A stretch of 64,000 bases of DNA. It comes from Chiloscyllium plagiosum. Taxonomy: Eukaryota. The first letter of the stretch is position 1. Every line of letters begins with the position of its first letter. The stretch is from the NCBI RefSeq assembly GCF_004010195.1, contig NC_057720.1, positions 5,306,177 through 5,370,176 on the forward strand, read 5' to 3'. The translations under genes were made by a program, and so were the position numbers. This document shows, piece after piece, positions 26,430 to 37,912 of the stretch. Under the pieces are notes generated by a model. It searched no databases, was not told the origin of the DNA, and saw only the letters and a program-made list of their open reading frames with translations.

Positions 26430-27208
26430 ATGGGAAAAAGAACACAGGCATGGGCTATTTCTAAACGGTGAGAAAATTCATAAAGCCAAAGTACAAAGGG
26501 ATCTCAAAGTGCTCGTACAGAATTCTCAAAAGGTTGACTTGCAGGTTGAGTTCGTGGTTAAGAAAACAAATGTAACATAGTCATTTATCTCAAGTGGGTT
26601 GGTATGTAAAAACAATGATGTGCTGAGACTTTATAAAGCTCTGGTTTGGCCCCATTTGGAATAATGTGTCCAATTTTAGGCCCCACACCTCAGGAAGGAC
26701 GTACTGGCACTGGAGCGTGTCTAGTGGAGATTCACACGGATGATCCCTGGAATGGTAGGTCTAACATACAATGAACGGCTGAGGATCCTGGGATTTTATT
26801 CATTAGTTTAGAAGATTCAGGGGAGATCTAATAGAAACTTACAAGATAATTCATGGCTTAGAAAGGATAGACGCTGGGAAATGGTTTCCAAAAAACGGGG
26901 ATACTAGGACCTGTGAGCACAGCCATAAAATCAGAGGGGGTCAATTTAAAATGGAAATGAGGAGACATTTCTTCAGCCAGAGAGTGGTGGGCCTGTGGAA
27001 TTCATTGCCATGGAGCACAGTGGAGGCCAGGGCTTTAAATGTCTTCAAGATAGAGAGTGATAAATTCTTAATCTCGCAAGGAATTAAGGGATACAGGGAG
27101 AGTGCAGGTAAGTGGCCTTGAAATGCCCATCAGCCATGACTGAATGGCGGAGAGGATTCGATGGGCCGAATGGCCTTACTTCCATTCCTATTTCATACGG
27201 CCTTATGA
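26430..27208 (+). mobile_element. CR1 3' fragment (another subfamily)
   Basis: Relics of RPHLE.CVQF, GDLIETYKII and FFSQRVVGLWNSLP; tail gggccgaatggccttacttcc. Confidence 0.82.
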
Positions 27209-27385
27209 TCTGTTGACTGCTTACAGCATTTTCCTTTAATGATCTGATTTTCTTTGCCACATATGTTTTTAGATCTTACATTTTGAATTTATGTAGAGTT
27301 TTAGTATATCTAAATGAATGAGAAAACATTCAAATATAAATCGGTGAAGCATTAAAAGATTCAAATTTTTTTTAGTAGTTATATA

Positions 27386-27675
27386 GATTAGATTACTTAG
27401 TGTGGAAACAGGCCCTTCGGCCCAACAAGTCCACACCGACCCACCGAAGCGCAACCCACCCAGACCCCTACATTTACCCCTTCACCTAACACTACGGGCA
27501 ATTTAGCATGGCCAATTCACCTGGCCTGCAGGAGGAAACCGGAGCACCCAGAGGAAACCCACGCAGACATGGGGAGAATGTGCAAACTCCACACAGTCAG
27601 TCGCCTGAGGCTGGAATTGAACCCGGCTCTCTGGCGCTGTGAGGCAGCAGTGCTAACCACTGTGCCACCTTGCCT
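27386..27675 (-). mobile_element. HE1-type V-SINE
   Basis: Highly similar to 22534-22859, with box A ggtggcacagtgg and box B ggttcaattcc on the minus strand. Confidence 0.9.
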
Positions 27676-28844
27676 CCTTTATAGAACTGAACAATAGAAT
27701 GCACCATCACTTATAGCTACAATATCGATAGATACATGCATTAGCCATCAAAATAGATTAACTTGACCCATTACTGGAAATTAGTTTGAGAGACTTTTGT
27801 TTTGAGACTGGCAGACAGTTGCCTACATACATCATTGCACTTTGAACATAATCATTAATGATTTTGGAAATTTTCCAAAGATATGCAATAATGCATTATG
27901 CAAATGCAGAATTTTATTCCTAACTGTTGCTATTATCCATATCTCAAAGTCAGAATGAAAATTAACTCAACTGCGGAGTCCTGCCTGTGATGAAACAGCC
28001 AACCAAAACTTCAACTGACCACATGAAAAATTGCTACTTGCACTAAAGGTTTCTATGGAAGCGAAGCCAAAACATGAGCGACTGGCTTGCGAACAGGGTG
28101 AAGGAAAGTGGATATTGAAGGAAGAAGTCGGTGTCTGAAAGTGCTTTATGCCATTTATTTTAAAAACAGTTCAAGCAATATTGTTCCCTTAGTTGCGCTC
28201 TTTCATCCAGAAAATATTTAACATTTCACATGTCTGAGAAGACAGCCACACCATTTCCAGGATTATGTCATTGTTTTTGGATGTTGTTCAAGAGGTGACT
28301 CACCTTCCAGTAGGCAGCAATTTGCCTCTGTTCTGGATCTCCTCTGAAGACCTACTCTTACAGACAGAAGGTACTTCAGCACCCATTAACAAAATCTTTT
28401 GCCGGAATACAAAAATGTACAAAGACACAAAAGTAGCAACGTGCTGCTAGCACTCAGAAGGTCAATCAACACCTTAAGTGTTGTTTGACCTACTGACTGG
28501 TCCTAGTTATTCTCTCTTTGTTTGGGTTAAGGACAGAATTTGGAAGATTGTCTTTGTTTAAAAATAAAATTTGTGATTCACTTTCATTTATTAGCTAGAA
28601 AAATATTGGGGCTGAGGAAACAGACCTAATTAACAAAGTGTTGCAGTTAAAGATAAGCTATATGATGCACATCCTGGAGTATGTCCAACCAGGAGTTGGC
28701 AATTCTGCAGGCCCCATTTCATGTCACAATCAAAAAATCTCTGCAGTAAGACAACTTAAGCAAATGCAACTAATTTAGATGAAGGCCAGTTAAGAACAGT
28801 TACCATAATTCAAGCTGAGATTATTACACGCCACTTTTTAAGAA

Positions 28845-29258
28845 AATTATTTCATAGGGTATGAGTGATGCTCACAAGGCCAGACTGTTTTCCATCCAAT
28901 TGTCCTTGACAATACAGAGAAATTGCTCTTCTGAATTGTTGCAGACCATGTGGTGTAGGTAACAGGGCTGTTAGGGACTTGCAGGATTCTGATCCAATAA
29001 ACAATAGTGATATATTTCCAATTCAAAATAGTGAGAGACTTGGAAGGGAACTTGCTATCCCATCTATCTGTATCCTGGTCTTTTAGATGCTGGAAATCAT
29101 GGGTATGGAAGGTGCTGTTGAAGGAGTCTTGGAGAATTGCTGCATCTTGTCTATGGTAAATACTGCTATCACTGTCATTGGTAAAGGGAGTGAATGTTTA
29201 AAGTGATAAATTAGGTGTCAGTCAAGCAGGCTGCTTTGTCCTCGATGGTGTTGAATAT
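28845..29258 (-). mobile_element. 3' fragment of a CR1/L2-group LINE (QDKAARL family)
   Basis: The minus strand encodes NTIEDKAACL. Same family as 50945-51640 and the tail at ~2840-3000(+). Confidence 0.65.
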
Positions 29259-29269
29259 CCCCAACGATT

Positions 29270-29405
29270 CATTCCTGATTAAAGGCTTTTTGCCCGAAAT
29301 GTCTATTTTCCTGCTCCTTGGATGCTGCCTGACCTGCTATGCTTTTCCAGCACCACACTAATCTAGACTTGATCTCCAGCATCTGTAGTCCTCACTATTG
29401 CCTAA
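29270..29405 (+). repeat. Single-arm hammerhead-type mini-element with 11-bp TSD (core mutated, CTGATTA)
   Basis: ccccaacgatt occurs at 29259-29269 and 29406-29416. The body matches the arms of the palindromic elements. Confidence 0.8.
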
Positions 29406-29497
29406 CCCCAACGATTGCCTCTCATCCCCAGAACTTAAACATGCATCAAGACATAGCTTAGCTGATGCTGAGAAAGGCACTGCCCATAATCACTGCC

Positions 29498-29525
29498 CTG
29501 ATGAAGGGCTTTTGCCCGAAACGTC
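29498..29525 (+). ncRNA. Minimal hammerhead ribozyme motif (in mini-element ~29497-29590)
   Basis: CTGATGA-A-GGGC-TTTT-GCCC-GAAA-CG-TC. The core is intact but stem I is weak. Confidence 0.65.
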
Positions 29526-30189
29526 GATTTCGCTGCTCCTTGGATGCTGCCTGAACTGCTGTGCTCTTCCAGCACCACTAATCCAGAATCTGCCTGGATA
29601 ACCATCAACTTGGTGAAAGACACTCTTTGGTCTGCCTGAAACTTGTTCGCCTCCCAGTGTAAGAGTACTATGTGTTGCAGACTGGCATATTCCAAGGTCC
29701 AAGACAATGCGCTGAGAGCTATACGAAACCTTGGGGCCGTTGCCACCAAGGCATAGTGAAAGACCATTGTCGGAGGTATTTCTAAAGTTAAATGAGGGCC
29801 CCATTCAATCACTGGACCTTGCTAATGCATCAAAATGTATGTAAATTGTACCTTGACTAAATAAGAAATGCCTTGGGTTTGTTCGAACCATTGGGTGAGT
29901 CAAACACCACTACTTGCTAACATCGTACAGAACTGAACTGCTCTAGTAATTACATATTTAAGATTACTGTATATTTTTGAAATAAAAAAGGTTGTTGGAG
30001 CTACACCTTTCTGGAAAGTAGAGAATTTTCTGTCCTGCTCCTTCCTGATCTGTCTTTTCTAGATGGACAAGCTTCAGGGAGTAAAATGGTATTATGTTCT
30101 GCAGAGTTCCAGCTTCTAAATTTGCTTTTCAGCCACAGTACCTACATGCCTAGTCTAGTTTAGAAGAACACACAGGAAAGACGATGCGG

Positions 30190-31235
30190 CAGAGGGTTGT
30201 AGTGGAGGGCTGCTTTTCAGACTGGAGGCCTGTGACCAGTGGTGTCATAACGACTGGTGTTGAACCCACTGCTTTTCATCATTTATATAAATGATTTGAA
30301 TGCGAACATAGGAGATGTAGTTAGTAAGTTTGCAGCTGACACCAACATTGGAGGTGTAGTGGACAGCGAAGGTTACCTCGGAGTACAAAGGGATCTTGAT
30401 CAGATGGGCCAATGGGCTAAGTGGCAGATGGAGTTTAATTTAGATAGCTGCGAGGTGCTGCAGTTTGGAAAAGCAAATCAGAGCAGGACTTATACACTTA
30501 ATGATACGTTCAAGGGAGTGTTGCTAAACATCAGGACTTTGGTGTGCAGGTTCATAGCTCCTGGAAAATGGAGTCGCAGGTAGATAGGATAGTGAAGGTG
30601 GCGTTTCATATGCTTTCCTTTATTGGTCAGAGCATTGGATATAGGAGTTGGGAGGTCATGTTGCAGCTGTACAGGACATTGGTTAGGCCACTGTTGGAAT
30701 ATTGTGTGCAATTCTGGTCTCCTTCCTATCAGAAGGGTATTGTGAAACTTGAAAGGATTCATAAAAAGTCTACAAGGACATGGCTAAGGTTGTAGGATTT
30801 GGGCTATAGGGAGAGGCTGAATCAGGCTGGGGCTGATTTCCCTGGAGCGTCAGAGGCTGAGGGATGACCTTATACAAGTTTATCAAATCATGAGGTGCAT
30901 GGATAGGATAAATAAACAAGTTGTTTTCCCTGTGGTGGGGGAGTCCAGAACTAGAGCGCATAGTTTTAAAGTGAAAGGGGAAAGATTTAAAAGGGATTTA
31001 GGGGTGATTTTTTCATGCAGAGGGTGCTGCATATACAAAATGAGCTGCCGGAGGAAGCTAGTACAATTACAGCATTTAAAAGGCATCAGGATGGGTATAG
31101 GGAATAGGGAGGGTTTAAAGGGGTATGGGCCAAGTGCTGGCAACTGGCACAAGATTAATTTAGGATATCAGGTCGGCATGCACAAATTGGACTGATGGGT
31201 CTATTTTGATGCTGTACATCTTTATGGCTCTGACT
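30190..31235 (+). mobile_element. CR1 RT/3' fragment
   Basis: ORFs 30257..30583, 30544..30795 and 30890..31195 (PLLFIIYINDL, RPLLEYCVQFWSP). Confidence 0.9.
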
Positions 31236-32399
31236 TACCTTTTAATTCTGTTCTTTTTATCGCCATAAGATGTTTTTTCTCCTATTTCTTCATTGGGTGC
31301 ATCGGCCTCTTTTCCATAATCATCCTTAAATTGAGTGAATTGGGCAGCCATTTCAGAGACAGCTTGGAATCTACTACATTTTGTGGCTCCAGATTCTCTC
31401 ACTTACACCCCAGCAGGTAAATATGACAGAGCTCCTTTTCTAAAGTATATTTATGAATCTGATGGCCCTTTATTATTTAAAAAGAAAGAAAGACAAATGG
31501 TGCTAGCTTTTTGGTCATGACTAAAATTAGCTTTCAGTGTCATAGTTATGAACTGAATTTAAAATTCCATCAGCTGTCTTCATATTTGAACTAAGATTCT
31601 CAGAGCATTATCCAGGTCCGCTGGATTACTCCAGAGTCATTGTCACTGTACCAACAACTTTCCCAAAGATCCTTCCAAATAAACCCCTCTGATATGTACT
31701 TTTATTCAACACTGACTCCAGATGCAGAAAGATCATCTCAACAAGTGGGGTTCCCAGGGTCCTTCAATTTGAAACATGGCAGACTCCCATACAAGACAGA
31801 AATGTAGTTTTCATACCAGATGTTATCCACGAGGAACCAGAAACTGTTAACCTAATACGAACAAAGGTTTACACAAAATTATATGCAGTTATTCCTGTAC
31901 TACAAATTCGAAGTACATGGTGCAAGCAGACCCAAATTCACAGTATCACCTTTACTGCAGAACCACTGATACTTGAAGCAGCCCAGCATTATTGAAGGTA
32001 CCAAATGGCATTCAGATGACAACTCAGGTCAGAAGCAACTAGTTAACAGTCACCATCACATAGGTCAAGACTTCACTTCCCAGAGATTTAATGTTTCATC
32101 ATTCAATCCTTTATAAACCATATTCTATAATTCTTGTTTAATTGGACTTTTATCTAGGTTGTCATATCAGTCCTTCATAAAATTACATGTTCTTCAGTTA
32201 CCTTTCTCAAATTGGCAATGCACCATTGGTGAGAATGGACCTAGAGTACTGTGTACAGTTTTGGTCTCATTGCTTGTTGAGAAACACAAGTGCTTTCAAA
32301 GCATTCAGATATGCTTCAATAGATATTTCAAAAAAAGACGGGCTAAGACAAATGTGGACATTTTATGCAGAGACAAGAGAATTTATAATTGGGTATAAA

Positions 32400-33130
32400 G
32401 AAACTGTAGAGATGAAGAACAAGAGCTCGGTGTCTGACATACAGATGACGAGTTAAGGGGTTTCCCGGAAATTAGCTCGACCCATGGATACAAATTGAGC
32501 ATGGAACTGATAATTTAACTAATTTCTAAGTATTGGAGAAATTAATGACCACTCAGTTGACAAACCCCCACGACGATCACCTTCACCCGAGTATTTTCAA
32601 ATAAATGGCTACAGAAATAGGGAACACAACGATGATAACCTTGCAAAATTCCAATAATTCTGCAACGTCATATGGAATATTCCAATCATAGTTACATTGC
32701 TTAAAAGGGAGAAAGAAAACCAGGAACTACAGACTTATCAACATGACATTAGTGGGAGGGAAAATACTAGAATCTAATTTTAAAAGATGGGATAATTGGA
32801 TACTTATAAATTTTATAATTCTCCAATTTGACAATCTACAGGGATTTATGAAGGTGAAATCATATTTGAAACACTTGCAGTTTTTGAGGATGTTACAAGC
32901 ACATTCAATGGAGGAAACCAGTGAATGTGGTGTATTTTAATCTTCAGAAAATCGTTACGATAAAGTCCCATGCAAGAGGATAGTACATAAAATTGCACCC
33001 CGTGCAAAAATAGCTGCACAGATTCAGGATTGGTTAACAGACAGAAAACAAAGGAGGAACAATGGGACTCTCTCAGTTGGAAGACTGTGACTGATGGGGT
33101 ACTGAAAGGAATGACAATAATCTATATCAA
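32400..33130 (+). mobile_element. Highly decayed CR1 RT fragment
   Basis: Relics of GNYRLISLT..GKILES and DFQK..DKVPH (ccaggaactacagactt; gataaagtcccatg). Confidence 0.55.
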
Positions 33131-35035
33131 TATTAATCACTGGCTATTAGATTGAAGGGGTGGGAAGTGCAAATAGGTAGACACGAAACTGCAATTAAGG
33201 TCATAAAAAGATGAAGCCAGACTGGAGTCAAATTGCCAACTGCTGCTTCTGATCTCAGCATATTTTGATATGATTATTGTTTGGTACATTTTTTAATCTC
33301 AGAAGGGGCATTCCAAAAGTGACAAGAGTTAAATATATTTCTCAACATCTTGTTTGGTTTAATTATTGTGCCTTCATTTTCCAGAATATTCCTACATGCT
33401 GCAAAGTAATATTTCCTTTAAACTACACTGTTGTGTTGCCATACAGAGTGACGGAAGCAAGTGTGCATGACAGCTGGCATGTTGATGCACTGATTTTCAG
33501 TTTTGAAAGCCGTTGCCATGCACGGACCTGGCAGGAAAAACGAGAGGGAATTTATTTGGAAAAATGTGCAGAGTGGTGGGCAGAGTACTGGAAAGTTGCC
33601 AATTAGTGATATGACTTGAGATGCAACTTCTCCTTAACAGAATATATGGCGCAAAAGTGAAAGTCACATGAACACTTGAGCTGCTACAGTATTCAAACAT
33701 GCATTGGCTCCTCCTCTCCCTAAGAGTGGGAAAATCGTACAGTCCTGTACAACAGTATACACAAATAATCATTAAATAACCATAAGAAATATGGTACTCA
33801 GGGTTCCTCAAGCATAATATGCAATACAAACATATCTACTCGCACATTATAGAGAAAGGCGCAATTTATCAATTATTTAAATGGATTACTTCTACCAACC
33901 AAATCCCCCTAGCTACTGATCAGCACCCTCTTCTCATGCTGTACAACTTTGCTGTTCCCTTTGAAATTTCGAATTCTTGAGATTCTGAACTGATGGGTTA
34001 ATCTAACCCCAACTCTCTCTCAAGACCAAAAAAACTGACAGCATGTCTTTTTCCAGCAAAGTTCTGCCTTTCCTTAATAGTGTCATTGTTGTCACTAAAA
34101 CTTTTTAAACAGAAAACAAAATCACCAATCAAATTCAGATGCCTCACCCAATAAGAATTTAGAACTTGTAGTTATTTAATATGACTGAGTATCCATCACA
34201 TGTGATCAACTTGAATATTTGCTGTACATTTGCATTGTTTCCGTCAGAAACACTGCCATTTCAATTAGGTGATATAGAATTCATATCTTCTTCTGCTTCC
34301 TTGCATTTTCACAGCTTTCACTTTTCAAAAAGAAACTGATCAACTTTCGATGAATTTTCCAGTAAAGGTAACGTAAAATCATAGTCCCAGCTTTCTCATT
34401 AGAGAGGGATGTTTGCTGATGGTTTAACCTGAGGGTCTCAGGCGAGGTGAGAGGTTGAGGAGTCACCCTTTATGGTAACTGAATTGAACCCACTATTTCA
34501 CATTATGCTGCAGAGCAAAACAGCCAGCCAGCTAATTAAGCAGATTCCCTGAATTTTCCAGTTGGTAAGAGATGACTTTTACACAGAACAGAGTGAAGGA
34601 TATTCAAGAATGCTTTAAAAATACAACTTGCATTTATGTAGCATCCTTTTGTTGTAAGGATTGAATTCCTCTTTTAGTACATCACTGTAAATATGAAATC
34701 AATAGGGGGATTTCCCCAACTGTTCACAGCAGTGAGAAGCAAGTTACTCAAGCTAGACATCCCCAGGTTGGATATCTGGCGTGTCCTCAATTATTAGTTG
34801 GGTGTTACAACTAATCTAGTCACTCCCTTATTAAGGGAGGAAGAAGCCAGAAATCCTGGTTCTGATCATTAGCCAACAGCTCATAGCAGAAGTGAGAGAA
34901 TGCTGGTTGATGACAATGCACAAAGCATCAACAAGCTGAAATAACAGTACAGAGGCACATAAAGAATAAAACTTGGGAAGGGATAAGGTGGCAGAATCAT
35001 TCTGGCAAAGAAAGGAGGCAATCGCCTATTGGTAT

Positions 35036-35334
35036 TATTAGATTCCCTACAGTGTGGAAACAGGCTCTTTGGCCCAACCAGTTCACACAGACCCTCCGAA
35101 GAGTAACCCACCCAGACCCATTTTCTTCTGACTAATGCACCTAACACTACGGGCAATTTAGCATGGCCAATTCACCTGACCTACACATCTTTGAACTGTG
35201 GGAGGAAACTGGAGGAAACCCACACAGACAGGGGAGAATGTGCAAACTCCACACAATCAACCGAGGCTGGAATCGAACCTGGGATCCTGGTGCTATGAGG
35301 CAGCAGTGCTAACCACTGAGCCACCGTGCCACCC
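35036..35334 (-). mobile_element. HE1-type V-SINE
   Basis: Box A ggtggctcagtgg and box B ggttcgattcc on the minus strand; same body as the other copies. Confidence 0.9.
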
Positions 35335-36187
35335 CCATTGCTGGAAACTTCTTGCTCAACATGCAGTTCCCTAGTAACTATGGAAAAGCAACAGGTCCAA
35401 ATGCTTCAACTCTTGAACTCAAAGTACAAGGCTGCAGATTTACTATTTAACTTAAAAATAACCTAACCGAAAAGGACAAAATCCACCATTACAGTGTTGT
35501 TTCATTTTAGAAATTTAAATAAAAGAAAACCTGTCAGTTGCCAACATAAACATTTCACATTACTCATGATAGTAACCACATCCAACCCATTTTCCTCCCA
35601 CTTCAAATCTGGCTGCTTTTGAATTGATCAAAGAGGAGTTCTTTTTCCCCTTCAGTAACATTCTAAAAGCAACAAAACATGCATTTGTTCAGTAGATTTC
35701 ACAGGTATATTTTTAAATTGAAGTCTTAACACCTCAAGTTGCAAGGCTACGTATTGACACAAGAACTCTATCAATTCACTCCCAGCACATTTATGCAATT
35801 ACAGTACTTGACCTTGTCGGAACTACGTATGAACAGTAAACAGTCAGATTTAATACATTATAGATTTTGTGTCAATTTGTTAAACAAAGTTGTCATTCTC
35901 CTTCTCAGATAATGACTTAAAAGAATTAGCACTACATAGGAGGCCAGAAAATCAGTACTGGAAGCAAGTAAACAAATCCTTAGCCCACAGTTGGTTAAAT
36001 CAGTTGAGGGATGCAGTTAAGATAACATGCACTCAAACTGCTCCTGATTTGATTGGGATCATGATTAGGCAGCTCTGATGAGGATTACATATTTGAAACT
36101 TTGGGAACCCTGACCTCTTTCCATATAGAATCACTGAATAATACAGCATGGAAACAGACCCTTTGGTCCAAACTGATCTATGCTTAC

Positions 36188-37092
36188 TGTTACTACATGC
36201 GGTAAACCCCTCTGCTAATTTAAACTAGCAACACAAAAGATTCACTCCGTGCTGTAACCTGTTAAAATTCAAGAGGCAAAGAGCTATCCCAGAAGTCACT
36301 ATTTAAAGTAAAAATTAACAATTTTTATTCTTTAAGTCCAACAGAGAATATTAACCAAAAACTATTTACAACTCCTTCTCTTAAACTTGCTACCTTCCAC
36401 TCTACAATACTATTTGATAAAACAATCCAGATTAAGATTTACAAGAAAAAATTCACGTTTCAAAATCAATATCCTTTGTAGATTCTCTCCAGGTCAGCCT
36501 TGATGTTCTGCTGTGCAAACTCCTTCCCCAGATAGGTACCTTTCAGGAGAGCTCTTGAACTAGCAGTCTCTGTGGTAATTCTCTCTCAACTATTCAAAAT
36601 GTTTGGTTATATACCCGAAAACATTTGATTGTTTCATTGGTTTTAATATTAGCAAAATACTAAATTCAAATTTGATTGGATTTTGGCATCTTGGGACATA
36701 ATGTAAATTGATTGGCCAAATGTGAATTTGCTGAAAAGGTGTTGCTGGAAAAGCGCAGCAGGTCAGGCAGCATCCAAGGAGCAGGAGAATCGACGTTTCG
36801 GGCATAAGCCCTTCTTCCTGAAGAAGGGCTTATGCCCGAAACGTCGATTCTCCTGTTCCTTGGATGCTGCCTGACCTGCTGCGCTTTTCCAGCAACACAT
36901 TTTCAGCTCTGATCTCCAGCATCTGCAGCCCTCACTTTCTCCTCAAATTTGAATTTGCTCGTGTCTCATGGCAACCCAGCTACTCTTTATGTCAACCATG
37001 TGTGACCTTGTTCAGAACACTGCGCTGTGACAGGCAGTTTTGCTAGCTTTTCAAATCTCTTAAAGGTACAGTACCTCTACACCTTCAAAACA
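36188..37092 (-). mobile_element. Solo LTR (TGTT...AACA, 4-bp TSD TTAC) inserted in a CR1 tail
   Basis: ttac (36184-36187)|TGTT...AACA|ttac (37093-37096). The flanks rejoin as a CR1 tail (gatctatgcttac-cattgtgcctactcagctagttcc). AATAAA at ~36324-36329 on the minus strand suggests the orientation. Confidence 0.75.
36730..36943. repeat. Near-perfect palindromic mini-element with hammerhead at 36818-36845(+)
   Basis: 88-bp arms (36730-36817 / 36820-36907) with 2 mismatches. TSD caaatgtgaatttgct (36717-36732) / caaatttgaatttgct (36944-36959). Confidence 0.9.
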
Positions 37093-37229
37093 TTACCATT
37101 GTGCCTACTCAGCTAGTTCCAATTGCCCACATTTGGTCCATATGCTTTGTGTAGACTGGTGTTCTTTTTTTTTAAAAAGTATTTCAATCTTGAAAAATAA
37201 AATGTTATCTGTGTAAACCCCGATAGTAA

Positions 37230-37635
37230 CTTATGAGGAAGGGTTAAGATGGGTTGGGCATGTATCTACTCACATCTAAAAGGAGGGTGATCTTGTTAAA
37301 AGACAAAATCTTGAAGGGAAGTGACAACGAGGGCCGAGATGATATTTCCTATTATGGAAGGAGAGGAGGATTGGGAGACATTATTTAAAACTAAGGGATT
37401 TCCCACTTATGGCAAAGATAAGAATTTTAATTTCTTTCAGAGGGTCTTAGATCTGTGGAAGTGTCTTTCCCAAACAGCAGTGGAGACTGCGTCACTGAAT
37501 ATTTTTAAAGGCCGTGTCAATTAGATTCAGACGAGGAAAGTGGAGTTAAGGCCACAGTCAGATCATGAATATTATCAATAGTGGAGCAGGCTCAAGATGA
37601 TGTTTGGCCCACTCCTGCTTCTAACTTAGATATTC
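37230..37635 (+). mobile_element. Old CR1 3' fragment
   Basis: ORF 37321..37524 reads FFQRVLDLWKCLSQTAVETASLNIFK. Confidence 0.7.
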
Positions 37636-37814
37636 CTAAGTTGTCAATTTATGAAGCGGAGTCAAGAAAGGTGGTGAGATGAAATTGAGCCAAATGTCTT
37701 TGAGAATGTGTATAAGGTATGATCAGATATGGAAAGAGTTAAGATTAGGGTTGCTTGACAAAAGGCTCAGCTAGCATGACTTCAACCAGATAAGAACTTG
37801 CAGTAAACAATGAG

Positions 37815-37912
37815 GTGCTGGAGTCAAGAGTATGTTGCTGGAAAAGCACACCAGGTCAGGCAGCATCCGAGGAGCAGGAAAATCGACATTTCGGGCAAAA
37901 GCCCTTCAGCAG
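37815..37912 (-). repeat. Single-arm hammerhead-type mini-element (core CTGCTGA, mutated)
   Basis: The minus strand reads ctgctgaagggcttttgcccgaaatgtcgattttcctgctcctcggatgctgcctgacctg. Confidence 0.75.

Noticed and set aside
27940..28020. WLFHHR resembling C-beta-2 RLFHRH
   Set aside because: It is bounded by in-frame stops, with no start codon or donor.
18379..36943. CRISPR-like array or miRNA genes from the repeated palindromes
   Set aside because: The DNA is eukaryotic, there is no regular repeat-spacer period and no cas genes. The hairpins are TSD-flanked interspersed repeats.
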